From: an uncultured Spirochaetota bacterium
GTDB lineage: Bacteria > Spirochaetota > Brevinematia > Brevinematales > JAOACQ01
Direction of reading: 5' to 3'
NCBI GenBank assembly: GCA_963783575.1
Contig: CAWAOD010000014.1
Span: 288,001-352,000, forward strand
Length of the DNA stretch: 64,000 bases
The notes beneath the pieces were generated by a model. The model saw only the letters and a list, made by a program, of their open reading frames with translations, had not been told where the DNA came from and ran no database searches. Both the position numbers and the translations under genes were made by a program. Positions within the stretch are counted from its first letter, which is position 1. The number at the start of each line of letters is the position of its first letter. Shown here piece by piece: positions 51,559-62,649 of the stretch.

Positions 51559-53892
51559 TTGATGAAAATTTTGGGGGATTTACTATTTATGTTGTCTGAA
51601 GGATCTGATAATCAAGCTTTATTATCTTTTCAAGAAATACCTTCTTGGAATGAGCTTAAAAATTCATTAAAGAAGATAAATGATTCCGGAACTTTAATCC
51701 TGAATGCCTGCAATGAAATAAAAAAATTACTTAATTTAAAAACGATATTTTTGTTTTTAAGAAAAAGAGACGGGGATCATAAAGATTATCTGGAAATTTC
51801 TTATCAATATATTGACCCTCAAATACTTGGTTTATTTGAGAATTTTTTTGATAATATACGGGATAAAGTCATACAATTGCCGACCGGAAGCATCTTTACC
51901 AATATTTACAATGATAGAAAAGAATTTGCAATTTTCGACCATAGAGAATTACAGATGATTATTCAGGAATCTTTAACTTTTAATCTTAATAATAAAAATC
52001 AAATGCCGGAAATATTAAAAATCCCATCATTTCATGTATATTATGTCATTCCTATTGTTATTCTTGATAAAATGATAGGTCATTTAGGCTTTTTTCATGA
52101 TAAAGAATTTATGGATAGAGACTTACAAGATATTCGCCAGATTTGCGATATAATTGCAGGATTCTTTGCAAAAAATCAGTTTAATAATACATTAAGCATA
52201 AGTAAAGAGAATATTAGTCGATTATTCGATGAAATGAAAAATGGTTTTGCTTTATGCAGGATGATTTCCGATCAAAAAGGCGAAGCTGTTGATTTTAGTT
52301 TTCTTGAAATGAATACTGCTTTTGAAAATATCACCGGCTTAAAAAAAGAAAAAGCGCTCGGTAAAACAGTATTGGAATTGATTCCTCAAACTGACCCTTT
52401 CTGGATAAAAGCATATGGTGAAGTAGCATTTAATAATAAATCCTTAAGATTTGAACAATACTTTGAAATCACCGATAAATATTTTGAAATCGTTTCTTTC
52501 TCGCCCTGGAATGATTTATTTGCAACTATTTATACTGACATAACGGAAAAAAAACAAATAGTACAGCAGTTATCTGATGTGCTTGAATTGAATCAGACAA
52601 TAATAAAGGCTTCTGTTTTTGGTATTATAGCCATAAATGATTCCGGATTCTGCATTCTTGCAAACCAAGCCGCTGCTGAAATATTTGACGAATCTGTAGA
52701 AAAACTACTAATACAGAATTTTAATAAAATGGAATACTGGATAAATTCCGGTTTTAAGAAATCTGCCGAAGAAGTCCTGTCAAATGGAGATGAAAAACAG
52801 ACGGATATACATCTGGTTAAAGATTCAGGAATAGACATATGGCTTGACTGTTTTTTTTCCAGATTTAAGAGTAAAGGTAAACCTCACCTGCTTTTAATAA
52901 TAAATGACATTACGGAAAGAAAGCGGGCTGAGAATATGCTTAAAATGAGCGAAGAGCGTTTGAAATTAGCTTTGTTCGCAGCAAATCAGGGTCTATATGA
53001 TACAAACTTGAAAACCGGTGAAATGATTGTTAGTCCGGAATATGCGAGAATGCTCGGTTTTGATTCGGAAACATTTTTGGAAAACTATGAAACCTGGGTT
53101 GAACGTATGCATGATGACGACAGGGAAAGAGTTGAAACATATTATCAATCCTGTCTGAATGGAGAAATTTTAACATTTCATATTGAGTTTCGGCAAAAAA
53201 CGAAATCAGGACAGTGGCGGTGGATATTATCCCAGGGAAACATAGTCGAGTGGGATAACGAGGGAAGCCCTCTCCGTCTTATGGGAACTCATACGGACAT
53301 TTCTGATCGGAAAAAGATGGAAGAAGAGTTGATACAGGCCAGAATTGCTCTTGAAGAGGCAAACAGGGTTTTGGAGAAGCTTTCTAATACCGATGCGCTT
53401 ACAGGTATAGCAAATCGCCGTTATTTTTCAGAAGTTTTTGAAAAAGAATGGTACCGTGCAAAAAGGAATAGCAAACCGATCTCCTTAATAATGATGGATA
53501 TTGATTTTTTCAAGCTTTATAATGATTATTATGGCCATTTAAAGGGTGATGACTGTCTAAAAAGTGTTGCAATGGCCATCAATCACTCAGTAAGGCGAAC
53601 TACCGATATAACCGCCAGGTACGGTGGTGAGGAATTTGTTACCCTGTTACCTGATACAAACCTGGAAGGTGCAAAAATAGTAGCGGAAAATATACATGAA
53701 AATATTGAAAGACTACAGATTGAACATCTGAAGTCAACTGTAAACCGTTTTGTTTCCGTTAGTCTTGGTATTGCGACCATTTTGCCGATTGACAATCAGG
53801 AATACACCGAACTAATTGAAAAAGCTGACAAGGCTCTTTATAAGGCCAAAGAAATGGGAAGAAACAGGTTTTATGTTTATAAAAAAGATTGA
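51559..53892 (+). CDS. Multi-PAS diguanylate cyclase (possible N-terminal GAF)
   Basis: PAS/PAC DITE motifs; DALTGIANRR, RTTD I-site, RYGGEEF. Confidence 0.92.
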   Translation: MMKILGDLLFMLSEGSDNQALLSFQEIPSWNELKNSLKKINDSGTLILNACNEIKKLLNLKTIFLFLRKRDGDHKDYLEISYQYIDPQILGLFENFFDNIRDKVIQLPTGSIFTNIYNDRKEFAIFDHRELQMIIQESLTFNLNNKNQMPEILKIPSFHVYYVIPIVILDKMIGHLGFFHDKEFMDRDLQDIRQICDIIAGFFAKNQFNNTLSISKENISRLFDEMKNGFALCRMISDQKGEAVDFSFLEMNTAFENITGLKKEKALGKTVLELIPQTDPFWIKAYGEVAFNNKSLRFEQYFEITDKYFEIVSFSPWNDLFATIYTDITEKKQIVQQLSDVLELNQTIIKASVFGIIAINDSGFCILANQAAAEIFDESVEKLLIQNFNKMEYWINSGFKKSAEEVLSNGDEKQTDIHLVKDSGIDIWLDCFFSRFKSKGKPHLLLIINDITERKRAENMLKMSEERLKLALFAANQGLYDTNLKTGEMIVSPEYARMLGFDSETFLENYETWVERMHDDDRERVETYYQSCLNGEILTFHIEFRQKTKSGQWRWILSQGNIVEWDNEGSPLRLMGTHTDISDRKKMEEELIQARIALEEANRVLEKLSNTDALTGIANRRYFSEVFEKEWYRAKRNSKPISLIMMDIDFFKLYNDYYGHLKGDDCLKSVAMAINHSVRRTTDITARYGGEEFVTLLPDTNLEGAKIVAENIHENIERLQIEHLKSTVNRFVSVSLGIATILPIDNQEYTELIEKADKALYKAKEMGRNRFYVYKKD

Positions 53893-53913
53893 TATTATTT
53901 TTCGGAGGATAAA

Positions 53914-54942
53914 ATGTTCCTGGGTTTCACTGGACCTAATGCGGCAGGAAAAGGCGAAGCAATAAAATATCTTATCGAAAATAAAAAGTTTATTTCTTTT
54001 TCATTATCGGATATTATAAGGGAAGAAGCAAGGAACAGAGGATTTGAACCAATAAGGAATAATCTGATACTTATAGGAAATGAGTTAAGAGAAGAAAAAG
54101 GCCCGTCAATCCTTGCCGTACGAACAATTGAAAAGATAAAAAATATGCCTCAGGCAATTGTTGACAGCATAAGAAATACTTATGAGATTGAGGAGCTCAG
54201 GAATAATTTAAAAGACTTCATTTTAATCGGTATAACAGCCGATGCCCCTACCCGTTTTGAAAGGTCAAAAATACGAGGCAGGATCGGGGATGGGACTACG
54301 CTTGAAGAATTTATTAAACAGGAAGAAAGAGAGAACAGTTCCAATGAAAAATCACAACAGTTAAACAGGTGTTTTGAAGAAGCAGATTATAAAATTAATA
54401 ATTCCGGAGCTAAAGACGAACTTTATTTAAAAATAGATAAAATACTTGACGAATTGGGGTATAAGGCTTATACAAGGCCAACCTGGGACGAATATTTCAC
54501 AAAAATGACATATCTTATTGCCGAACGTTCCACCTGTCTAAGGCACCATGTCGGCGCAGTAATTGTTAAAAATAATCACATCATAAGCTCAGGCTACAAC
54601 GGATCTCCATCAGGCGTTAAAGACTGTATAGAGCTTGGCTGCATAAGGGACAAACTTGGAATAATTTCCGGAACCCGCCATGAAGTATGCCGGGCGGTTC
54701 ATGCAGAACAGAATGCCATAATACAGGCGGCTTTACATGGAACAAGCCCGGAAGGCGGCACAATATACTGCACACATTCTCCATGTATTATCTGCGCTAA
54801 AATGATAGTAAATGCAAAAATCAAACGATTTGTTACCTGCGGATATTATCCGGATAAAAGTTATGAAGATCTTTTTAAAGAAGCCGGTGTACAATTCTCG
54901 GTCATGGATAAACCGGTTTTAACAATCAGTTTCCTTAATTGA
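53914..54942 (+). CDS. P-loop nucleotide kinase-like domain fused to dCMP deaminase
   Basis: [46 protein letters not shown]. Confidence 0.9.
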   Translation: MFLGFTGPNAAGKGEAIKYLIENKKFISFSLSDIIREEARNRGFEPIRNNLILIGNELREEKGPSILAVRTIEKIKNMPQAIVDSIRNTYEIEELRNNLKDFILIGITADAPTRFERSKIRGRIGDGTTLEEFIKQEERENSSNEKSQQLNRCFEEADYKINNSGAKDELYLKIDKILDELGYKAYTRPTWDEYFTKMTYLIAERSTCLRHHVGAVIVKNNHIISSGYNGSPSGVKDCIELGCIRDKLGIISGTRHEVCRAVHAEQNAIIQAALHGTSPEGGTIYCTHSPCIICAKMIVNAKIKRFVTCGYYPDKSYEDLFKEAGVQFSVMDKPVLTISFLN

Positions 54943-54956
54943 AAAAGAACAAAATA

Positions 54957-57905
54957 TTATAAACTTCTTTCTATATTAATTAGAATATACATCGCCAGAT
55001 ATGAAGTTAGCAATCCGATGTTAATATGTTTTTTATTATAAGTGGAAATAACAGCCTTAGCAACGTTAGATACATTATCAAGATAATTATCAAGGGTCTT
55101 CATACCGGTCATATCTCTTTTAATAGCTGCCTGCCAGCTTAAATTCCTGCCGACATCTTTGCGGGTCATAATTTCCTGAATGATTTTCTCATCATCTGCG
55201 GGTTTGATCGACCATTTCTTCAAATAAAAAGCAAGGTATTCCTTTTCATCATTAAATCCATCCTCTTGAAGCAGCGCTTTTTTAAAATAGGTGACTTTTT
55301 CATTTAACTTTATATCGGAATTAGCCCTGTTCGAGGTTCTGTCAGAACTTTGTTTTTGATGCGCATTAAACTGAACCGGTGATTTTTTTACCTGGAATAA
55401 TACATCCATAAGGTCTTTTCCCGGAGTTTTCTGTTGCTTATCATTGCTGGCCACATCGGCATTATTTGCATAAATTCCTTTATTATCGCGTTTCCCTCCG
55501 GATATACTTATTATATCATGTCTTATATTTGAAGTCCTGCCATAGTTTTTATGCTGATCATCCAGTATTTTCATTAAATACAGCCTGGCACCCATTTTTT
55601 TATTAAAAAAAGGAAACAGCTTAGACAAAAATGTGAAAAACCTTGTAAGAAAGTCATTTTTATTCCTCATCTGCCGGATTATATCAAGCCGTGTTACCCC
55701 GATGATACTGCTTAGTGGAATTTTGTTATCATCCCTGTCAAAAAATGAGGATGTTTTTTCATTATTTATACGAATCAAATATCTGAGAATTTCATTATTA
55801 GTCTCAAAAATGTTATCGATAACAAATAGTTCATTATAAAAATTTTGTATGCATTGAGATAAATAACGGGCAAAATCATCATCCGAATCAAGGGCATATA
55901 TAATATTCTGAGAATCGTCGCTCCAATTATTTTTTTCAAGCACATATGAAAGCCTCTGAATAAACGCAGTTTCCTTGATACCATATTGTTTATCCGTTAT
56001 TGCCTCGATATTTTTTTTGTAAAGTGCAAGTAGGTTTTTATTATGCACATAGCAGTATTCCAGTATTTTTGTCTTTTGATTTATAACCGGCAATTCAATA
56101 ATGAAATTATCAGGTTTATTCTGCAATGAATATTCATTAAGGAATGATGCCATAAATTCAGCAAATTTTCTACCGGAAATTGTTTCATCTTCAGAATCGC
56201 CTTTTTCAAGTTTATGCAGCCACTCTGATCTTATCGATTCACGCCATACTTTCTCTTTTGAATTAATCAGCTTTACCAGATTTTCACAAAACTCCTTTTT
56301 CTCTTCAATTTCTGTCTGTTTCTGTCTTCTCTGCAGTACAATCTGATACATCAGAGATACTGATTGAATTATTGCCCGGTCATTATTGTTATTTAGTTTA
56401 AGTATAGTACCAAGATTTTCATTCAGATCCTTTAATATAAAAAGCCAGTAATTTAAATCAGGATCTTTAACAGACCACAAACTGTTAATATCGATACGGT
56501 CTGTTGACAGAAGTAAATTAAGCGTTGGAGTGTTGTTAGGAAAGTTATTCTTTAAAAGACCGTTAATCCTGGATAAAATCATTCCATCAGTTGATATCGT
56601 ATTTATATCTGTTTCAATCCTGTTAAAGAATTGATAAATTTTTTGAGCTGCCATAGCCGGCAGCTTATTATAAAATGACTTCGGGATACATAAAAAATCC
56701 TGTACGTTATTCGTATATTCAATTGATATAATGTCCGTTGCTAAATCATTTGTTAGCGATTCCCGGCTTAATTCTTGATATTTTATAGGTTCGGGAAAAA
56801 ATCCGGATATGTTGGTTTTATTTTCACGAAGGTTGAATTGTAAACTTTTGAATGTTGGAAAAGGATAATCCTGATCATTAATAGTCTTTTGCATCTCTGC
56901 CTGTATTAATTCTTCCAATTTATGAATATTGTTTGATTTCATAAGTTCCTGTTGTTTATCAAATTTCTGCAAAAGAATAAATCTGCCTAAATCTTTCTGA
57001 TCACTTTCAATTATTAGTCGTTTTTCCGAAAGCAAAGCCAATAGATTTTCCAGAACAGAGTTTAATATCTTTTCGGTTGTAGGAAAGCTCCTTATATTCT
57101 TAGCACTTTGAGAAAGACTCCATTTTATAATAAACTCAAGAAAGGAATTATAATTTATCGGTTTTCTTGTCTGAACAGATTTATAGCAAAGAAGGTAAAA
57201 AATTGCCCTATCGACATCATTTTGTAAACCGATCATATCATATAAAGAATTTATGTCTGATAATGTATTCTTGGCAAGATTCCGGTCGGTTCTTACATTG
57301 ATATTAGCGTTTAATTCAACTAATTTTATTGCATAATCAGGAATAGTATATTTTTTAATAATTTCACTCCAATTCTCCGTATTATTCCCATCATCATAAT
57401 CAGTCCTATCATTTTCATTAAGATTTTCAATGGGAACCTTTTTTTCACCATAAGTATTTAAGGATTCATTTTTTAAACCATGATGAGCATAAACAAAATT
57501 CTCAATTTCACCGGGAAGGGTTGTTCTGAGAAATACTTCGAAATACCATTGAACAATTTTCCCCAAATCATTAAGGCATTGCTCTGTTGTTGAAATATCG
57601 ACCATTGAACCGTTATTGCCATATTCAGGGATTTTTTTAAAAATATTAAGAATATCCGATGATATTATATCACTATCTTTTATTACATTAATTAATTCAT
57701 TATATGAAAGTGCCTCAATTACATCATAAGGAAGGGCATCAATAATCTTTTTCTCAGCCCTGCAAATATTAAATGCAATCTCTTGAACCGCATGATTTGC
57801 TTCCTTTAAGCAATCGGCTAAATTGATAGCTGATTGTTTTTGAACAAGATTGATTTTTTCAATAATAGCTGCATGAAATTTTACAGGGAATGCATTTTCA
57901 GGCAA
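54957..57905 (-). CDS. Large hypothetical protein (982 aa)
   Basis: Long open frame with GGAGG RBS; N-terminal ~130 aa loosely DUF4145-like. Confidence 0.7.
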   Translation of the reverse strand: MPENAFPVKFHAAIIEKINLVQKQSAINLADCLKEANHAVQEIAFNICRAEKKIIDALPYDVIEALSYNELINVIKDSDIISSDILNIFKKIPEYGNNGSMVDISTTEQCLNDLGKIVQWYFEVFLRTTLPGEIENFVYAHHGLKNESLNTYGEKKVPIENLNENDRTDYDDGNNTENWSEIIKKYTIPDYAIKLVELNANINVRTDRNLAKNTLSDINSLYDMIGLQNDVDRAIFYLLCYKSVQTRKPINYNSFLEFIIKWSLSQSAKNIRSFPTTEKILNSVLENLLALLSEKRLIIESDQKDLGRFILLQKFDKQQELMKSNNIHKLEELIQAEMQKTINDQDYPFPTFKSLQFNLRENKTNISGFFPEPIKYQELSRESLTNDLATDIISIEYTNNVQDFLCIPKSFYNKLPAMAAQKIYQFFNRIETDINTISTDGMILSRINGLLKNNFPNNTPTLNLLLSTDRIDINSLWSVKDPDLNYWLFILKDLNENLGTILKLNNNNDRAIIQSVSLMYQIVLQRRQKQTEIEEKKEFCENLVKLINSKEKVWRESIRSEWLHKLEKGDSEDETISGRKFAEFMASFLNEYSLQNKPDNFIIELPVINQKTKILEYCYVHNKNLLALYKKNIEAITDKQYGIKETAFIQRLSYVLEKNNWSDDSQNIIYALDSDDDFARYLSQCIQNFYNELFVIDNIFETNNEILRYLIRINNEKTSSFFDRDDNKIPLSSIIGVTRLDIIRQMRNKNDFLTRFFTFLSKLFPFFNKKMGARLYLMKILDDQHKNYGRTSNIRHDIISISGGKRDNKGIYANNADVASNDKQQKTPGKDLMDVLFQVKKSPVQFNAHQKQSSDRTSNRANSDIKLNEKVTYFKKALLQEDGFNDEKEYLAFYLKKWSIKPADDEKIIQEIMTRKDVGRNLSWQAAIKRDMTGMKTLDNYLDNVSNVAKAVISTYNKKHINIGLLTSYLAMYILINIERSL

Positions 57906-58186
57906 ACAAAGCCTCCGTTATAATGCATATTTTATTATTATATCACAATTTGAAGTTAAGAGTCAAAATTATTGTTGATTTTATAAAAAACATTAGTTTT
58001 TAATGGTTTATTAATGAATAAATAGTTCCGATTTCATTTTAATATTTTGAATCTAGAAAAGTTTTATATTGATTATATTGATTTTGAAATTTATATTACA
58101 AACTTCAAAGTTTTGATAAATATCATTCTTTGACTTTTATTACAGAGTTTATTTATACTATTTCCAATAGTTTTAAGGACACAATT

Positions 58187-59335
58187 ATGTTTGAAAAAAT
58201 TGACAAGACAATATTTTACATTGTAATCTCACTTCTTCTGATAGGCATTATCTCTGTATACAGCTCAAGTTATTACATATCGATTCGCCTTGCAGGAAGC
58301 CCATACTATTTTACTTTGAAACAGATTATCTGGGCTATTATATCGTTTTTTGTATTTCTCTTCTTTATTCGGTTTGATTATAAAACTCTGAAAAAATATG
58401 TGAAACCTCTTGTATTTGTTACAATAATATTTCTTCTTATGGTTTTTGTTCCGGGGATCGGGCGTGAAAGTGGCGGAGCAAGGCGCTGGATCGATCTTCG
58501 TTTTTCATTATTCAATCCTTCGGAATTAGCAAAAATTACTGTTATTATTTATTTATCATTTATATTAACAAAAAAACAATCGAAACTTGTTGATTTTACA
58601 TTTGGTCTTTTACCTCCGCTTCTTCTTGTTTCAGCCATATTTTTTGTAATTCTAATGCAATCTGGATTTTCAACCGCAGCTTTACTACTTTTCGTGGCAT
58701 TTATCCTTTTTTTTGTAGGAGGTGCTTCGATAAAACATATTATTTCAATAATCATTATCAGCCTGCCTGTACTTATCACCTTCATATCAAAAGTATCATA
58801 CAGGAAAGCAAGAGTACTTTCTTTCATCAATCCCTGGGAAGATGCTTCAGGCCGGGGCTATCATATTATACAGTCTCTTAAAGCATTCAGCGATGGGGGG
58901 TTTTTCGGAACAGGTCTGGGGAACAGTATTCAAAAGATGGGAAAGCTTCCCACACCTCACACCGATTTTATATTTTCCGTAATCGCTGAAGAAACGGGTA
59001 TTATCGGTACATCAATTATTGGTATATTGTTTTTAATATTTTTTATAAAAGGCGTTCTTATTGCAAAAAACTGTGAGGATAAATTCGGGCAAATGCTTGC
59101 TTTTGGTATTGTATCCTTGTTTACACTGCATGCTTTCCTGAATATGGGCATAGCCTCAGGCATTATTCCTCCTACTGGCGTATCACTTCCATTCATAAGC
59201 TACGGAGGATCATCTATGGTTATTATGGCTGTCGGATGCGGTATACTTTTAAATATTTCATCACAGATTCCTGAAAAGGAAAGAAATAAACCCTCAATAA
59301 AGAAAATCGATGATATAATTCAGGATGGATTATAA
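58187..59335 (+). CDS. ftsW: FtsW/RodA/SpoVE (SEDS) protein
   Basis: GARRWI..NPSELAK, PHTDFIFSVIAEE, PPTGVSLPFISYGGSS. Confidence 0.9.
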   Translation: MFEKIDKTIFYIVISLLLIGIISVYSSSYYISIRLAGSPYYFTLKQIIWAIISFFVFLFFIRFDYKTLKKYVKPLVFVTIIFLLMVFVPGIGRESGGARRWIDLRFSLFNPSELAKITVIIYLSFILTKKQSKLVDFTFGLLPPLLLVSAIFFVILMQSGFSTAALLLFVAFILFFVGGASIKHIISIIIISLPVLITFISKVSYRKARVLSFINPWEDASGRGYHIIQSLKAFSDGGFFGTGLGNSIQKMGKLPTPHTDFIFSVIAEETGIIGTSIIGILFLIFFIKGVLIAKNCEDKFGQMLAFGIVSLFTLHAFLNMGIASGIIPPTGVSLPFISYGGSSMVIMAVGCGILLNISSQIPEKERNKPSIKKIDDIIQDGL

Positions 59336-59507
59336 TAACTTCAAATTACCCAAATTTACAGCAATAATATTCTTCAAATTTATCTTTGAAGAATTATTTA
59401 ATAAATATCCAATACATTATTATATATCAGGAGTTGGTATAATCTTTATGATTTATGGTTTAATTCATATGGAATAGAATTTAGTTGTCTTTAATATAAG
59501 GATAAAC

Positions 59508-60023
59508 ATGAGAGTAATTATTATTGTTTCACAAAAGAAATTCAATAATGCTGAATTTATTGCAGTTATTAATACCATGAAAAAAAATAAAATATTATTT
59601 GAAATAGCATCAGTTTCAAAATCAGAAGCATTTGGTTATAGCTCTTTTTCCATTAAACCAGATATTTCAATTCAGGAATTAAATGTATCTGATTATGATT
59701 GTCTGATAATTATTGGCGGTTCAGGAAGTAAGGAATATTTATGGAAAAATTATATCCTTCATGAGAAAATTAAAACAGCATTTAAAAGCAATAAAATTAT
59801 TGCGGCAATTTGTTTGGCTCCAATTTGTTTAATATATTCCGATATAATAAAAAATACCTATATTACTGCTTTTAAAACGGCTGAAACGATGAGAATTATT
59901 AAAGAAAGTGATAATATTTATAAAGATATTGATGTGTGTAGCAATGGAAATATTATAACGGCAAATGGTCCAAAAGCAACAAATGAATTCTGTGAAACAA
60001 TAATAAAAAAATTGGTAAAATAG
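59508..60023 (+). CDS. DJ-1/PfpI family protein
   Basis: DYDCLIIIGGSG, IAAICLAP, IITANGP. Confidence 0.88.
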   Translation: MRVIIIVSQKKFNNAEFIAVINTMKKNKILFEIASVSKSEAFGYSSFSIKPDISIQELNVSDYDCLIIIGGSGSKEYLWKNYILHEKIKTAFKSNKIIAAICLAPICLIYSDIIKNTYITAFKTAETMRIIKESDNIYKDIDVCSNGNIITANGPKATNEFCETIIKKLVK

Positions 60024-60264
60024 CTTACAATATTATTAAATTCTTAAAAGCTTTATCAATTTCCGTTCTTCATCTCGAATGTCATTTAATAATAATTTTG
60101 TCTAATTCTAAACATTGTTTCTATCTGGAATATAAAAACCCATTGATAGAAACAATATTTAATGATATATTAAATAGAATAATTATAAAAAATGGGCTTT
60201 TGCATATTAATGAAAAGATGCCGAAGAAGTCCATGGATAGTTTATATATTCTTGGAGAAATATA

Positions 60265-60849
60265 ATGGAATTTTTCACAAATCGAAATATTACTTATGAT
60301 GATTCTTTTGATATATATCTTTTAATTGCAAATTCAATATCATTCTTGCGGATAATATTAACTGTTCCAGCCCTGATATGTGAATATTTCAACTTAAACT
60401 TATTATTATTAATTATTATCATTTTTGTAATCTTAACTGATTATTTTGATGGTAAAATTGCCAGGTTATCCAAAAATAAGAATTTTATCGGACCATATCT
60501 TGATATATCAGCAGATTTTGTTTTTATTCTAAGTATGATGAGCTGTTTATTCATATCTAACCAGGTACCACTCATATTAATTCCTGTAATCATATTATCA
60601 ATATTATCCTATTTATGGAATTGTTTAATTAATAAATCAGTTATTTATACAAAAATCGGGAAATATACCGGCGCCGTATGTTATTTTGCTATAATTAATA
60701 TTGCTTTTTGGAAATTATTGGTTAATCAATATCATTATATTATTATATCTACAATTTTTTATTATTTCTTGATATTATATTTAATATTAAGTATTTTAGA
60801 AAACTTAATAATCATCAATAAAAGTATAAATATCAATAAACAATTATAA
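60265..60849 (+). CDS. CDP-alcohol phosphatidyltransferase
   Basis: ANSISFLR, TDYFDGKIAR..G.YLDISAD. Confidence 0.85.
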   Translation: MEFFTNRNITYDDSFDIYLLIANSISFLRIILTVPALICEYFNLNLLLLIIIIFVILTDYFDGKIARLSKNKNFIGPYLDISADFVFILSMMSCLFISNQVPLILIPVIILSILSYLWNCLINKSVIYTKIGKYTGAVCYFAIINIAFWKLLVNQYHYIIISTIFYYFLILYLILSILENLIIINKSININKQL

Positions 60850-61025
60850 CATGAAAATTTGATGAAATCTTTTTTCATTAAAGTTTAATATTAAGTCAAT
60901 AATAGAAACTAAATATTTCATCAAATTGATATTTTTTGTTATAAGATAAAACTTTTACATTTTTTATAATTATTATATAATATATTGTAAAAAAAGGATT
61001 TTTTAATACTTGGGAGGAGGGTTTT

Positions 61026-61637
61026 ATGAATATAGCAGATATTACAATGGGTAAAGCGGTTTTAGAAAATCTTGCCGATAAGAAAAGACTCCAAAAACAA
61101 TCTGTTAGTATTAATTCTCCTTCAAGACAGGTAAAAAGCGATGTCTTCAATTCTGATAAATCTATGAGCATTGATTTAGCAAAAATAAATGAACTTCAGA
61201 AAGGTTTTATGAAAGATAATATAAGCCTTTCAGGATTGAAAAATCTTCAGGATAAAGTAGAACAATTTGAAAATAATCCAGTCAGTCAGCGTGATTATGA
61301 TAAACTGACTAAAGAACTAAATGTTATAGTAAATAAAACAAAATTCGATGGTGAAAATGTCATCAGTTATCTCAGCACACAGGTCAAGGATGAAAAATCC
61401 CTTTACACACTAAAAGCAAATTTGGTTAATGAAATTGAAGGAATAAGAACCAAGATGGCTGATGAAAGAAAAAGCCTTGCTTCATATCTGGTTAAAAGCG
61501 AGAATCTTGAAACGGTAAAAGACTTTTCATCGGAAAAAACTGCCGATAAAATCGCTTCAGCCCTTGATAAAAATAATATCAGCAACCTTTTCAAAGGAAT
61601 CTCCAATATCAATACCCTGCTTGGCATTGAAAAATAA
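61026..61637 (+). CDS. Hypothetical protein, miniature flagellin-like
   Basis: KELNVIVNKTKFDGENVI and SENL resemble flagellin D1 motifs; strong GGAGG RBS. Confidence 0.5.
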   Translation: MNIADITMGKAVLENLADKKRLQKQSVSINSPSRQVKSDVFNSDKSMSIDLAKINELQKGFMKDNISLSGLKNLQDKVEQFENNPVSQRDYDKLTKELNVIVNKTKFDGENVISYLSTQVKDEKSLYTLKANLVNEIEGIRTKMADERKSLASYLVKSENLETVKDFSSEKTADKIASALDKNNISNLFKGISNINTLLGIEK

Positions 61638-61653
61638 TTAAGGATCTCCACCA

Positions 61654-62649
61654 ATGTATAATTGTGATCTTTTATTCAGCGCCCCTGGAAAGACAAAGGT
61701 ATTTATCACTGCTGAAATCGGCATTAATCATAAGGGTAATTTCGATCTAGCCAGAAAACATATTGAAGCGGCAAAAACAAGCGGAGCTGATGCTGTTAAA
61801 TTCCAGGTATATAAAACTGAAAAATTTTACAATAAAAAAATTCTTCCACAAGCATATGATTTGTTTAAAAGTTTTGAATTAAGTTTCGATCAATTCTTTA
61901 GACTCAAAGAGTTTGCCGGTTCGTTAGATATTGTTTTCTATGCGACACCTTTTGATAATGATTCACTGAATTTTCTGGCTGAAATCGAATCGCCTGTCAT
62001 TAAAGTAGCCAGTTCCGATATCACCAATGAACCTTTTCTCCATAGAATATCAAGTCTGGCAAAAAAAAACAAATTTTCCACCTTTATATCAACCGGATTC
62101 GCTTCTTTAAAAGAGATAAAGAAAGCTGTTGAAATACTCAAAGATTTCAATGTGGCACTGGAATATTGCGTTTCAAAATATCCAGCAGAAAATACAGATT
62201 TCGATCTGAAATTTATCGAAACTCTTATAAATTCATTTTATGTTCCCATAGGTTTTTCCGATCATAGTACCGATATTTTTCTTTCCCTGGGGGCAGTAAG
62301 CCTTGGCGCAAAAATGATTGAAAGGCATTTTACGGTTGATAATGAAATAGAAGGCGCCGATCATTCCATTTCTCTAAATCCACAGAAATTCGCTCATTTG
62401 GTAAAAGGAATCCGTACAATTGAAGGATCTATTGGTACCGGACAAAAAAAATTAACCCAATTTGAAAAAGATATAACTTATAACTCAATGAGAAGCATGT
62501 ATTCAGTCAGAAGCATTAATAAAGGTGATATCATCGAAGAAGATGACATCATTTTTTTGCGTCCCGGTTATGGGATTTTGTATAAGGATTATAAAAGAAA
62601 AATCGGTAAAAAGGCTTTAAGGAATATTGAGCAATATGAAAAAATTTAA
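61654..62649 (+). CDS. N-acetylneuraminate/nonulosonate synthase family (NeuB/PseI/LegI) with SAF domain
   Basis: AEIGINHKG, GADAVKFQ, KVASSD, GFSDHS, IERHFT. Confidence 0.88.
   Translation: MYNCDLLFSAPGKTKVFITAEIGINHKGNFDLARKHIEAAKTSGADAVKFQVYKTEKFYNKKILPQAYDLFKSFELSFDQFFRLKEFAGSLDIVFYATPFDNDSLNFLAEIESPVIKVASSDITNEPFLHRISSLAKKNKFSTFISTGFASLKEIKKAVEILKDFNVALEYCVSKYPAENTDFDLKFIETLINSFYVPIGFSDHSTDIFLSLGAVSLGAKMIERHFTVDNEIEGADHSISLNPQKFAHLVKGIRTIEGSIGTGQKKLTQFEKDITYNSMRSMYSVRSINKGDIIEEDDIIFLRPGYGILYKDYKRKIGKKALRNIEQYEKI

Noticed and set aside
61052..61081. TAAA..GCCGATAA sigma28 promoter
   Set aside because: Spacer is 18 rather than 15 bp and it lies inside the coding sequence.
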